This document shows positions 40,220-50,637 of a stretch of DNA of 64,000 nucleotides, piece by piece; positions within the stretch are counted from its first letter, which is position 1; the number at the start of each line of letters is the position of its first letter. Origin of the DNA: Candidatus Micrarchaeota archaeon (GTDB lineage Archaea; Micrarchaeota; Micrarchaeia; Anstonellales; JAGGVH01); NCBI GenBank assembly GCA_020854835.1, contig JAHKLX010000007.1, positions 36,044 through 100,043 of the forward strand. The letters are read 5' to 3'. Below the pieces are notes generated by a model. It worked only from the letters and a program-made list of their open reading frames with translations, had not been told where the DNA came from and searched no databases. Position numbers and translations under genes: made by a program.

Positions 40220-41380
40220 ATGTCTTCAAAGAAATATTATTTTACTTCAGAATCTGTAACCGAAGGTCATCCTGACAAAGTGTGTGATCAAATCTCAGAC
40301 GCCATTTTAGATGAGCTTTTAAAACAAGATCCAAAAACAAGATGCGCTGTTGAAACAGCAGTAACAACAGGCTTGGTAGTTGTTATGGGAGAAATAACAA
40401 CTAAAGGATATGCAGAATTTCAACAAATCGCAAGAAACACGATAAAAGAAATAGGTTATACAAAACCCGAATATCTTTTTGATTATCAATCATGTGGGGT
40501 TTTATCCTCTATTCATGAACAGTCTCCAGATATTTCAGAAATGGTTACTGAAGAGGGAGAGCATGAACAGGGTGCAGGAGACCAAGGAATTATGTTTGGG
40601 TTTGCAACAAATGAAACTCCCGAATTAATGCCATTGCCAATTGTTTTGGCACACAAACTTGCAATGAAATTAACAGAAGTCAGAAAAAACAATACATTGA
40701 AATATTTAAGACCAGATGGAAAAACACAGGTAACAATAGAATATGAAGGTGCGAAACCATTAAGGTGCCACACTGTTGTGGTTGGTGCACAGCACGATCC
40801 AGATGTTTCAGCTGAAAAAATTAGAAACGATATAATAGAACATGTTGTAAAACCAATCTGCGGAAAATGGTTTGATGAAAAAACATTAGTTTATGTGAAT
40901 GGGACTGGAAAATTTGTTTTGGGCGGACCTGCAGCAGATTCTGGAGTAACTGGAAGAAAAATCATAGTTGATACTTACGGAGGAAGAGGACATCATGGAG
41001 GGGGCGCATTCTCTGGAAAAGATCCTTCAAAAGTTGACCGTTCAGGATCATATATGGCGAGATATGTTGCAAAAAATATTGTTGCAGCAGGTTTAGCAGA
41101 ACAGTGTGAAGTTCAAATTTCCTACGTTATAGGTGTAGCAAAACCATTATCTGTTTTTGTTGATACAAGAGAAACAAACAAAATACCTGTTGAAAAGATT
41201 GAGGAATTGATTGAAAAAAACTTTTCTTTCAAGCCAAAAGACATAATAAAAAAACTAGATCTTTTAAGACCCATTTACAGAAAGACTTCTTCATATGGCC
41301 ATTTCGGAAGAAATGATGCTGATTTCACATGGGAAAACACAGATATGGCAGAGGAATTGAAAAAACAAGCAGGAATATAA
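40220..41380 (+). CDS. metK: S-adenosylmethionine synthetase, bacterial/eukaryotic type
   Basis: [35 protein letters not shown]; ATG after AGGTGA. Confidence 0.97.
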   Translation: MSSKKYYFTSESVTEGHPDKVCDQISDAILDELLKQDPKTRCAVETAVTTGLVVVMGEITTKGYAEFQQIARNTIKEIGYTKPEYLFDYQSCGVLSSIHEQSPDISEMVTEEGEHEQGAGDQGIMFGFATNETPELMPLPIVLAHKLAMKLTEVRKNNTLKYLRPDGKTQVTIEYEGAKPLRCHTVVVGAQHDPDVSAEKIRNDIIEHVVKPICGKWFDEKTLVYVNGTGKFVLGGPAADSGVTGRKIIVDTYGGRGHHGGGAFSGKDPSKVDRSGSYMARYVAKNIVAAGLAEQCEVQISYVIGVAKPLSVFVDTRETNKIPVEKIEELIEKNFSFKPKDIIKKLDLLRPIYRKTSSYGHFGRNDADFTWENTDMAEELKKQAGI

Positions 41381-41482
41381 ATTAGGAATATTCCCTTTTT
41401 TTATTTTTATGAATAGTATTTCCAAATCTACCCCTCTCCCACAAACTTAAGTTATTTTTAACTTTGGAAGGGTTTAAACGTA

Positions 41483-42778
41483 TTATTTTATTTTCCTGCA
41501 TTCTAGATAAAATCTTTTTTCTTCTGCTTCGCCCATTGAAAATGTTTTTCTTGGAAGTGCACCATCTAATATGACCGTTTTAAATAAATCGGATTTTTTC
41601 ATTGAAGGTAAATAAAATCCACAATTTCCTTGTTTTGCGCCAAGATCACAAGTGGGTTTTGAACCATGCACATAATCAATCTTTTCAGCATGTTCTTTTA
41701 CAAACTTGTCTAAGAATTCCTGAAGTGTTCCAACTGCTAAATTATTCGCAGGGTTTGTTATTTTTATCATTCCAAATTCTCCTGATTCTATAAACCCAAT
41801 CAAATGATCTGCAGAGCCTTTTTCAACCATTTGAATCATATGTTCTTTTGAACATTTTTCATAATGAAAATCATCTCCAAAATATTCTTTCATTTCCTCT
41901 AAAATAGGTTTTTGGATATTGAAAACAACTCTATGGATTGGCTCAAATTCCAGTGCTTCGTCATGAACATTAACCAGTTCAACTAACGCATACCTCTCCA
42001 AACCATCGGTTTTTCCTTGTTTTTTAGCTTCTTCCCATATTGCCTTGGCAGTAGCTAAAGAATGATTGCCATCTCCCATTGCAAAAAGAAGAACCTCAAC
42101 TGATTTTTCAAGTGAGTATTTTTCTGTGAAGGTTCCTTTGTCAGCTAGTGAAAATAATGCATCAATTATCTGTTCGCCATCAACAGCATAACCTTTCAAA
42201 TCTCCGCCACCCATCATCAATTCAAAATCATAGATCTTTTCCTTTTTTTTATCAGATAGGGGTTCGATAACTGTTCTTTCAGGATCATCTATCAAGACCA
42301 TGATGTGTGGAAGTTCTAAAGGCGCATCTTTTCTCACTTCAATTCTTGGCGGAAGTCTTTCCAAAACAGTTCCTTCTGTTGCTCTAATTAAACTTTGGCT
42401 TCCTTTGTTGTAATCATATCTTTCCAAATCAATACAAACCATCAATCCTTTTCTTGTTTTTCCATTAACAGTTCTTTCCAAATAAACAAAACCTTGCTTT
42501 TCTTCAAGAACATTTTCCAAGTAATTTTTCATGTTTTTGTTTATGTTTTCGATTCTTTCCTGTTTTTTATTTTCGTTTTCTTCAAGATAAACTTCAGGAT
42601 ATATTATATTAAATGTTGAAGGCAAATCGCCCACAAAATCTTTAACCTTTTCCCAATATTCTGGCTCAGATGTGTATTGATCGCATGCAACAACAGACCA
42701 TTTTTTCAAATCAATTTCTTTTTTTGGCAAAAGAATTTTTGGTATCCTTACACCTATGCTTTCAAGTTTTTCATCCAT
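41483..42778 (-). CDS. DUF1015 family protein
   Basis: WSVVACDQYTS, IRATEGTV, AMGDGNHSLATAK, LPRKTFSMG. Confidence 0.88.
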   Translation of the reverse strand: MDEKLESIGVRIPKILLPKKEIDLKKWSVVACDQYTSEPEYWEKVKDFVGDLPSTFNIIYPEVYLEENENKKQERIENINKNMKNYLENVLEEKQGFVYLERTVNGKTRKGLMVCIDLERYDYNKGSQSLIRATEGTVLERLPPRIEVRKDAPLELPHIMVLIDDPERTVIEPLSDKKKEKIYDFELMMGGGDLKGYAVDGEQIIDALFSLADKGTFTEKYSLEKSVEVLLFAMGDGNHSLATAKAIWEEAKKQGKTDGLERYALVELVNVHDEALEFEPIHRVVFNIQKPILEEMKEYFGDDFHYEKCSKEHMIQMVEKGSADHLIGFIESGEFGMIKITNPANNLAVGTLQEFLDKFVKEHAEKIDYVHGSKPTCDLGAKQGNCGFYLPSMKKSDLFKTVILDGALPRKTFSMGEAEEKRFYLECRKIK

Positions 42779-42852
42779 AAAAATCACCTTTTTCACTTAT
42801 GATAAACTAAATTATACAAATATATTTAAACGTATCTCTTGAAAAACAATTT

Positions 42853-43953
42853 ATGGACATTGAAAGTAAAATTGATTTAGTTAAAAGAGAACCAATGCAG
42901 GAAATTGTTACGGATGAGGATTTAAAACAAGTTTTTGAAAATTACTCAAACCCAAAACATTATATCGGTTTTGAAATTTCTGGCAAGGTTCATTTGGGTT
43001 CAGGTTTGCTAACTGCTTTGAAAATTCAGGATTTTTTGAAAGCAGGTGTAAAACCAATTATAGTTTTAGCAGATTATCACACATGGTTAAATAAAAAAAT
43101 GGGTGATGATTTAGATCTTATACGTGATATTGCTGGAAACTATTTCAAACACGCCTTTATTTCTATGGGATTAACAGAAGACAAGGTCGAATATATTTTA
43201 CTAAGTGATATTTATGATAAAGATTACTGGGAAACAGTTATTCAAATATCAAAAAACACTTCAATAAAAAGAATGCTTAGATGCACTACAGTTATGGGGA
43301 GAAAGGAAGGTGAAGGAAACGACTGCTCGTTTATAATGTATCCTGCAATGCAGGCAGCAGACATTTTCAAATTGGATGTGCAGTTCGCTCATGCAGGCAT
43401 GGATCAAAGAAATGTCCATATGCTGGCAAGAGAAGTAGCACCAAAGATAAACAAACAAAAGCCAGTTGCTTTACACCATAAAATCTTGTTTGGTCTTCAA
43501 GGTCCTGGTACTAGAATGGAGCAATATGTTACTGCAACAGACAAGGCAAAAATATTGGAAGGACAAATAGACATGAAAATGTCAAAAAGCAAACCCGACA
43601 CATGTATTTTTGTTCATGATTCTCCTGAAGAAATTAAAAGAAAAATCAAAAAAGCATACGCCCCAGAAAAGATCACGGAAAACAATCCTATTTTCCAATA
43701 TGCAGAAATGGCAGTTATCCGCGAAGGAAAATTCAAAATTGAAAGACCTGAGAAGTTTGGCGGAGATCTGGAAATTGGAAGTGCGGAAGAACTGAAAAAA
43801 ATGTACGAAAGTGCAGAGCTTTTCCCATTGGATTTGAAAAATGCTGTTGCTGATTGGTTGATAAAAACTTTGGAACCTAGTAGAACTTATTTTGAAAAAA
43901 AGGAAAACCAAAAATATATCGATCAAATACAAAAGATAATTGAAACTAGATAA
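42853..43953 (+). CDS. tyrS: Tyrosyl-tRNA synthetase (archaeal type)
   Basis: YIGFEISGKVHLG, YPAMQAAD, GMDQR, KMSKS. Confidence 0.96.
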   Translation: MDIESKIDLVKREPMQEIVTDEDLKQVFENYSNPKHYIGFEISGKVHLGSGLLTALKIQDFLKAGVKPIIVLADYHTWLNKKMGDDLDLIRDIAGNYFKHAFISMGLTEDKVEYILLSDIYDKDYWETVIQISKNTSIKRMLRCTTVMGRKEGEGNDCSFIMYPAMQAADIFKLDVQFAHAGMDQRNVHMLAREVAPKINKQKPVALHHKILFGLQGPGTRMEQYVTATDKAKILEGQIDMKMSKSKPDTCIFVHDSPEEIKRKIKKAYAPEKITENNPIFQYAEMAVIREGKFKIERPEKFGGDLEIGSAEELKKMYESAELFPLDLKNAVADWLIKTLEPSRTYFEKKENQKYIDQIQKIIETR

Positions 43954-43987
43954 AAATTAAAAATTGTAAAAAAATACTAATTCGGAA

Positions 43988-46120
43988 TTAGTTGGTATTT
44001 GCATCTATTTTTTTTCTTATAGAAGGTTTTAACAAGGAATAGGGTATCAGTAATCTATCATTGGGTTTATACATAGTAAATATGTTTGATGTTAATTGAA
44101 TTGTTTGCATATTCTCTCTTGATGCTCCACCAATACAAAATTCTTCTAAAGCCGTTATTGTTTTTTCGCGTGTGTTGTCAGATATTATTATTTCGCCCAA
44201 TTCTGGACCATTGAATCTAACATAATCAACAGGAACCCAAAAAACTTGTGCAGTTTTCATTGGATCTTTTGAATCGCGGTCCCCAGTACTTGTAAGAGTT
44301 TCTATATTGTTGAAAGTCTCTATATCTCCAACTAAATTTTCATTAGATTCTTTCAAAACAGGAGTTAGTGAAAATACAGGGGTTGCCCATTGGGGATAAG
44401 AAAAAGTGTAAAACTCTACAACATCTCCTTTTTCATAACCTTGGATATCACTTTTTGCTCGGTTTGATTGAACAATTAAATTTCTTTTCGTCCCCAACCT
44501 ACATTCAAAAGATATATCTTCTTTTGGTTTTTCTTTAGAAGATTTTTCTAGCTCTAATTCAACAACCTCTTTTTTTTCTCTTTTGAACAAGCGGGTAAAA
44601 AAATTGTCAATTTTATCGCCCAGCGCAGGCAAAGAAAAAACATCCGGAGAAGAATTTGATGACACCAATTCTTCTTCAATTTGCCATCGCGAAACTATTT
44701 CTCCAACATTCATTGATGTTCTTGCGTGCTCATCTGCACCGCTCCTAAGCCTATCTATAAATTTATCTGTAAGCGCATCCAAACTAATTGTGTTTATTGA
44801 ATTGGGGAAATTTTTGTTGTTTTCTCTTAAGGGCAAATAACCTTCCAACACTCTTTGAAAACAAGTTCGGGGGTATTTCTCCCCTAAATGATGAAACGCT
44901 GCTGTCATTGCTGAAACAAATTTGAATCTTTCTGCCTCTGAAGCTTTTGAAAAAAGAGACACGAAAAAAAAGCTTCTTTCTGTCATATTGTCTTCGTTCA
45001 TATAAATGTTCATAAACTTTTTGAAATTATACAATGCGAGATAATAACTAAATAAAATTTGATCTTTTGGATTAACACATTCCTTGAATTCTGAAGGCAG
45101 TTGTAAATAGTTTTTTTGTTCATCAGTTAAAGATAAAAAAACACTTCTGTCAAAAAAATTAAAAAATTTGGATATTGAATTGCGCGTCATATCAACAAAC
45201 TTGGGTGTTTTTGCACCATCATAGCCAATAAGTCCTTCGTAGGTTGCTTTAATTGCTTGTGTGTGTCCAAAACTAATTTCCTTATCATAAATCGCAAAAC
45301 AAGTATAGGGATTATACCCTGCAGTGAGCATAAGCTCAAACATTTTGGCCCTTACTAAATCTGTGGGTATTCTTTTTTCTTCTTTTCTATTTCTTTGTCC
45401 GCTTATGATATTATCGGGATTTTTAGGCAGAATAATTGTTTTTGTTCCTTTTGGACTAGTTTCTTGACAACTTATACCAATTAAAGTTGCAGCATTTACA
45501 TAATTAAAAGGTGAGGGAATAACAACACTGTCAAATCCATTTAAAGAATATGTTTTATCTGAAAAATCCACTATTCCCAAATCCTGAACATAAGATATGA
45601 TTTCGTGAGTTTCTTCATAATAAGATGATAAATTATAAGTTGGGTATTCTACAACATCCATGTTTTCTTTTATACTATCTATTGTCTTTTTATCAGAAAC
45701 TAATCTTTTTTTTCGGTTGAACAGAAAATCAGGTTGCAAATATGTTATATACTCATCATTTGGGGAAATTCCGTAAATCTCAATAAATGATATGCAGATA
45801 TCTAAGTTTACTCTTTGTTCGTCCGTAAGATTAAGTGTATTGGGATCTTTGTATAAAAACTCTCCAACCTCATCATATATTGCTTTTATATTGTTTAAAT
45901 CTAATCCCTGTAATAAATTGACAATTTGTTGTTCTGATAAATTTGGATTGTAAATAATCGGCTCAATTTTATAATACATTGAAAATCTAGGAAAATCAAC
46001 TTTTTCACCAGTCTTGGTTATTCTAATTATGCCCATATCCTTTAGAGTGGATGATATATTGTCATTTTGATTCACGATATCCAACACATGTGTTTCTGCT
46101 CTGGTTTTAGTCTGGGCCAT
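43988..46120 (-). CDS. Large orphan protein, possible divergent lytic transglycosylase plus LysM-like domains
   Basis: 710-aa ORF; LIGISCQET, SFGHTQ...TY, NPKDQI...YL, AAFHHLG; C-terminal ...PNDRLLIP. Confidence 0.5.
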   Translation of the reverse strand: MAQTKTRAETHVLDIVNQNDNISSTLKDMGIIRITKTGEKVDFPRFSMYYKIEPIIYNPNLSEQQIVNLLQGLDLNNIKAIYDEVGEFLYKDPNTLNLTDEQRVNLDICISFIEIYGISPNDEYITYLQPDFLFNRKKRLVSDKKTIDSIKENMDVVEYPTYNLSSYYEETHEIISYVQDLGIVDFSDKTYSLNGFDSVVIPSPFNYVNAATLIGISCQETSPKGTKTIILPKNPDNIISGQRNRKEEKRIPTDLVRAKMFELMLTAGYNPYTCFAIYDKEISFGHTQAIKATYEGLIGYDGAKTPKFVDMTRNSISKFFNFFDRSVFLSLTDEQKNYLQLPSEFKECVNPKDQILFSYYLALYNFKKFMNIYMNEDNMTERSFFFVSLFSKASEAERFKFVSAMTAAFHHLGEKYPRTCFQRVLEGYLPLRENNKNFPNSINTISLDALTDKFIDRLRSGADEHARTSMNVGEIVSRWQIEEELVSSNSSPDVFSLPALGDKIDNFFTRLFKREKKEVVELELEKSSKEKPKEDISFECRLGTKRNLIVQSNRAKSDIQGYEKGDVVEFYTFSYPQWATPVFSLTPVLKESNENLVGDIETFNNIETLTSTGDRDSKDPMKTAQVFWVPVDYVRFNGPELGEIIISDNTREKTITALEEFCIGGASRENMQTIQLTSNIFTMYKPNDRLLIPYSLLKPSIRKKIDANTN

Positions 46121-46228
46121 ATAATATTTTTCAAGTTAAATATTAAAAATACTTGTATTAGTTTGCGAAACAAAGAACGATTTGCAAAAAGAGAATGTTT
46201 TTTAAATTAACAGATATTATAAATCCTA

Positions 46229-47266
46229 ATGAAATTGTTTGAGCCTTTGTATCAACTTAAAATACAACCCACAGAAGTAGAATGTAAAATTATCAATTCT
46301 TATTGGTTTCAAAGATTGAAATACATTCATCACGCAGGAGTGGATTTTACACACACATACAAAACACATACTAGATACCAGCACTCTATTGGAGTTTATG
46401 CTCTAGCAACAAAATTCTATAAAGAAAACCATATGATGAGAGTTGCGGCACTTCTTCACGACGTAGGTCACCTTCCTTTTTCACATGCGGTTGAAGATGC
46501 TTATGGATATAAAAACAACAAATCAATACATCACGAATTTACAAAACATATTATATTGAAAACAGAAATATCAGATATTCTTAGATATGAAGCTCTCCCT
46601 CCTCGATTGATTCTGGATTTTATTGAAGGGAAATTCAAAAGCCCAATAAAACCCTTGACGAATATATTGGGTTTGGATTTGTTTGATTGTTTTATTAGAG
46701 ATACATTTTATAGCGGAACCTTGAAAATTAAACCTTCTAAACTAATCAATCAAATAAACGCAATAGATGATGGAATAACTTGTGATGCAAAAACTGCAAT
46801 GAAAATCCATAGAGTAATATTAAAAGACCACGAACAAGTTTTCAGCAGTTATGCTTTGATTAGAAATGGCCTTGTCCAAAGGTTGTTTAAATTGGTAGTT
46901 GACAAAATAGGAACAAGTGAAAAAATATATGAATATACAGAATATGAAATTATGGCTGAGATTTTCAATATTGCAAAACACGATAAAAAAATTAAGGATA
47001 TATTAAATCACTTGTTGTATGTCAATGATTACAAAGTTTCATTTAAACCAAAAATATTTGAAGAGGATGTTCTGGACCAAGATATCATAAAATATTCAGT
47101 TAAAAAAGTATACCCCAAAACAGTTTTTGTTGACGGCAGACCTTATTCAGATATCAATGAAAAAGTAAAATCGCAGCTTAAAAGTCTAGATAAATATATT
47201 GGAACTTACTATATATCTGAAAATCAAAACGAAGGTAAGATTTTTAAATGTATTAATAAAAAGTGA
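46229..47266 (+). CDS. HD-domain phosphohydrolase (SAMHD1/dNTPase-like)
   Basis: FQRLKYI, HTRYQHSIGV, ALLHDVGHLPFSHAVE, D.FIRD. Confidence 0.9.
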   Translation: MKLFEPLYQLKIQPTEVECKIINSYWFQRLKYIHHAGVDFTHTYKTHTRYQHSIGVYALATKFYKENHMMRVAALLHDVGHLPFSHAVEDAYGYKNNKSIHHEFTKHIILKTEISDILRYEALPPRLILDFIEGKFKSPIKPLTNILGLDLFDCFIRDTFYSGTLKIKPSKLINQINAIDDGITCDAKTAMKIHRVILKDHEQVFSSYALIRNGLVQRLFKLVVDKIGTSEKIYEYTEYEIMAEIFNIAKHDKKIKDILNHLLYVNDYKVSFKPKIFEEDVLDQDIIKYSVKKVYPKTVFVDGRPYSDINEKVKSQLKSLDKYIGTYYISENQNEGKIFKCINKK

Positions 47267-47270
47267 GGAT

Positions 47271-47981
47271 ATGGCAGAAGAGAGGAAGATTATAAAAACA
47301 GGAACTCCAGGTCTTGATGAAATACTGGGTGGCGGGATTGAAGAAAAAAGCATAACTGCCTTAACTGGGGGACCAGGTTCTGGAAAAACAACTTTTGTTT
47401 TGCAGTATTTATATTTTGGAGCAAAAAAATACAAAGATCCTGGAATGTTTATATCTTTTGAAGAAACAAAAGAAGATATTTATTTTCATTATTTAAAATT
47501 TGGTTGGGATTTGGAAAAGCTAGAAGAAGAAAATCTCTTCACAATACTAACCTACAAACCTTATGAAATTAAAAAATTGTTTGAAAGGGGGGGAAGTATG
47601 CTCAGGGATGTTATAACCTCCATGGATGTAAAAAGAATAGGTATAGACTCAATAACCACATATTCTCTGCTTTTTGAAAACATTTATGAAGCTAGAAACG
47701 GCCTCATAAGCATGTTTGAGAATTTTAAAAAATGGGAATGCACTACACTAGTTACATCTGAAAGGGACAGCGTATTGGATGAAAAATCAAGAATCGGAAT
47801 AGAATACATGGTTGACGGATTGGTTAATATTTATTATAGAAGGCAGAAAAAGGGCAGAACCCGGGCTATTGAAATTGTTAAAATGAGGGGCCTGGAGCAC
47901 AAAGAAGATATATATACTTTTAAAATCACAAAAACAGGTATCGCAGTAGATACTGAAAAAAACATATTCTTTGAAGTTTAA
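47271..47981 (+). CDS. KaiC-like (RecA-superfamily) ATPase, single domain
   Basis: TGTPGLDEILGGG, GGPGSGKT, ISFEE, IDSIT, IVKMRG. Confidence 0.92.
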   Translation: MAEERKIIKTGTPGLDEILGGGIEEKSITALTGGPGSGKTTFVLQYLYFGAKKYKDPGMFISFEETKEDIYFHYLKFGWDLEKLEEENLFTILTYKPYEIKKLFERGGSMLRDVITSMDVKRIGIDSITTYSLLFENIYEARNGLISMFENFKKWECTTLVTSERDSVLDEKSRIGIEYMVDGLVNIYYRRQKKGRTRAIEIVKMRGLEHKEDIYTFKITKTGIAVDTEKNIFFEV

Positions 47982-48074
47982 AATTGAAAAACTTGATAAA
48001 AATATTTAACTTGTACTTGATTAATATTTTATAAATAAAATTAAAGAAAAAGAAAAAAACGCGCATTTAATAAT

Positions 48075-48548
48075 TTATGCGCATTTACCAACTAAAGCTT
48101 TTTCTCCACGTTGAGTGTTGCCAGTGATATCATTTGTATTGTATAAAAATGATACATACATTTCAAATGAATCGCCTGAAGAGCATGATGGTGCGTTATC
48201 TATTTCTAGTGTAACAGTGTTTCCTGAACCTACAGATCCGCTGCTGGATGGTGTCCAAACAACCGGTGTTCCGCCAGGTCCCGGCGTGAGAGTTACATTC
48301 GCAATTTCAAGAGATTCTGTTCTTGAATTTCGTACAACCAATGTCAAATCAGTTCCAGAATATCTGAAATCTGTTATCTGAAAAGGACTGGCTGTACCTG
48401 CCCAATATGCTCTAGATTGTGTTTCTTTGGCATCACTGCTAAGTCCTGGGAAAAAACCCAATAGTGCGATAGCAACTAAAGCTACTATCAATACTACACC
48501 CAATAGTACTAAATATTCTGTTGCCCCTTGTCCTTTCACATAAATCAC
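48075..48548 (-). CDS. Archaeal type IV pilin (class III signal peptide)
   Basis: KG/QGATEYLVLLGVVLIVALVAIALL cleavage motif. Confidence 0.9.
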   Translation of the reverse strand: MIYVKGQGATEYLVLLGVVLIVALVAIALLGFFPGLSSDAKETQSRAYWAGTASPFQITDFRYSGTDLTLVVRNSRTESLEIANVTLTPGPGGTPVVWTPSSSGSVGSGNTVTLEIDNAPSCSSGDSFEMYVSFLYNTNDITGNTQRGEKALVGKCA

Positions 48549-48610
48549 CGATTAACAATATAAAGATTAAATTTATAAATAGTGATGTTGGGTTCTCCCT
48601 CATTAAAAAA

Positions 48611-49903
48611 TTATTTTTTGCGTGATTTTGTGAAAGCATTTATCAATATAAATAAAATTGGGAATAGCAATATCCACCAATATTTTGACATTTCTCCGAC
48701 AATGAACTCGTCATTATTGAAAATGACGGGGTGATTATTAACTTCGAAATTTCCATTGTATTCGAACCCGAACATATTTAGATTATAAGGGACTTTATAA
48801 TTGCCTTGATTTAATTCCATTATATCTGCTTTTCGCAATAAAACCTTTTTTTCATACGGCGCAAGAACAGTTATTCCTTTCTGATGCCCCCCTACCTCAA
48901 TTGGCAAAACCAAAGTGGTGGGAATAAAATAAAATTTGTTTTCTTGGTTTTCCAAAAGAATTTTTATTTCAAAATAAGAATCATATTTTGTAACATCGTG
49001 TGAAACTACAAAATAAATTTTTCGGTCATTTGTTTTGATCTTTTCTATATTAACTGAAGATGTAAAACTTATATCAAAATCACCATATCCTTCTGCCGAA
49101 ACAGAATCTGTGAAAGCATCATCTTGTTCGTCAGACGATGAAAGAATTATTCTGTTGCCGGACAAATAAATATATTCACCAAAAGTGGGATCAACAGGGA
49201 GCCAGCCATATTCTAGATTATAATACTCCGTCCATGCATGAAACTCCCATGTGTTATTTGAGAAAACATAGCCTTTTACAAATCGCGAAGGTATTCCAAT
49301 AGAACGAAACATTGCAATTGACAAATGCGAGAATTCATCACAAGTTCCTTTTTTATTATGAAAAACATATGTTGCTGGCATTTTGTGTTCTGTATATTCT
49401 TCATCGTATTCAACATTCTTATACACCCATTCAGTTATTGCAACAGTGCTTGAAAAAACATTTTCTTGATCAAAAGTTTGTGAAAATTGTTTTATTTCTT
49501 GGTTAGGGACTGCTAAAGCACCAGATCTTTCTGCATCCAAATCTTCATAATCTTTTTTGAGGATTGGGTGTTTTATATCCCAATTATCATAATCAGTTTT
49601 GATATTTGCTATCATCTTAATTTTTTCGGTTGAAGAAGGATCTGTCACCCGGATAATATAAAATCCATCCTCAATGAAATACGGTCTGTTAAAATCAACT
49701 TCGACTTTTTGAACATTGTTAGAAGGTATTTCAGCTACCTTCAATACAATCGTGTGGACCTGACTTGCATTCTCTGTTTGGAGAGTCCATTCTTTTTCAA
49801 AAACAAATTCTCCCCCAGATATAGAGTTATGGGCATAAGAATAAGATAATACTAGAAAAACAAACAAAAACCAAAACTTCATGTTTAGAATTATCATAAC
49901 CAT
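48611..49903 (-). CDS. Secreted, membrane-anchored transglutaminase-like protein
   Basis: GTCDEFS, GIPSRFVKG, HAWTEYY, WLPVDPT triad; signal peptide and C-terminal TM. Confidence 0.9.
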   Translation of the reverse strand: MVMIILNMKFWFLFVFLVLSYSYAHNSISGGEFVFEKEWTLQTENASQVHTIVLKVAEIPSNNVQKVEVDFNRPYFIEDGFYIIRVTDPSSTEKIKMIANIKTDYDNWDIKHPILKKDYEDLDAERSGALAVPNQEIKQFSQTFDQENVFSSTVAITEWVYKNVEYDEEYTEHKMPATYVFHNKKGTCDEFSHLSIAMFRSIGIPSRFVKGYVFSNNTWEFHAWTEYYNLEYGWLPVDPTFGEYIYLSGNRIILSSSDEQDDAFTDSVSAEGYGDFDISFTSSVNIEKIKTNDRKIYFVVSHDVTKYDSYFEIKILLENQENKFYFIPTTLVLPIEVGGHQKGITVLAPYEKKVLLRKADIMELNQGNYKVPYNLNMFGFEYNGNFEVNNHPVIFNNDEFIVGEMSKYWWILLFPILFILINAFTKSRKK

Positions 49904-49937
49904 ATTTTAAAAATCTTTTGAGATTAATATACAACTT

Positions 49938-50393
49938 ATGAATACTGATGGTTATTGGTTGTTTACACATTTATTCAATAAAACAGTCAAAAATAAAGAT
50001 GAAGATGAAGGTGTGGATGGGACAGAAGAAGGGACAGAATTTATTCAAATCATTAAATCTGCACCCAGCTACAATGTATTGGAATTTGAAAGAATAGTTT
50101 CATCTTCCTGGAACAAAAAAATTAATCCAGTCATAACTAAAGTCATATTAGATATAGTAACGGAGAAAATTGAAAAAATTGAAAAAAAGAAATTTCATCA
50201 TCAATCTATTCAAGAGGATTTTGATTTTGTCATGGATATTTCAACCCTCATACCAAATCCTTATTCACACTCCCCCCTCCTTGGAAAAGATATTGCAAAA
50301 ATAACAAATTTAAAATATAAAATAAACAAGCTGATAGATGACGCAGAAATGGAAAACAAAATAGAAAATTCAATGTTTGATAATGAATTTTGA
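49938..50393 (+). CDS. Hypothetical protein
   Basis: 151-aa ORF filling the gap between divergent/convergent genes. Confidence 0.55.
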   Translation: MNTDGYWLFTHLFNKTVKNKDEDEGVDGTEEGTEFIQIIKSAPSYNVLEFERIVSSSWNKKINPVITKVILDIVTEKIEKIEKKKFHHQSIQEDFDFVMDISTLIPNPYSHSPLLGKDIAKITNLKYKINKLIDDAEMENKIENSMFDNEF

Positions 50394-50636
50394 ATCGTAA
50401 TACTCTTCATTTGTTTTTGATATTAAGATTTTGTTTGTTCTTATTGGCAGGGGTGCCGAATAAATTTTATCTATAAATTCTGAAAGATTTTGTTCGTTTA
50501 AATCGCCAATAATACGCACGGTTCCATCAGACATGTTTTCAACATATCCTCTGACGTCCATTTTGATTGCGATATCTTTGACATAGGCCCTAAAAAATAC
50601 TCCTTGAACTCTTCCCTCAATTATTAATTCGTACAT
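50370..50636 (-). CDS. acyP: Acylphosphatase
   Basis: GRVQGVFFR, GYVENMSDGTV. Confidence 0.93.
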   Translation of the reverse strand: MYELIIEGRVQGVFFRAYVKDIAIKMDVRGYVENMSDGTVRIIGDLNEQNLSEFIDKIYSAPLPIRTNKILISKTNEEYYDSKFIIKH

Positions 50637-50637
50637 G

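Noticed and set aside
46229-47266. HD protein as the c-di-GMP phosphodiesterase partner of the GGDEF protein
   Set aside because: Motifs are SAMHD1/dNTPase-like; no GYP motif
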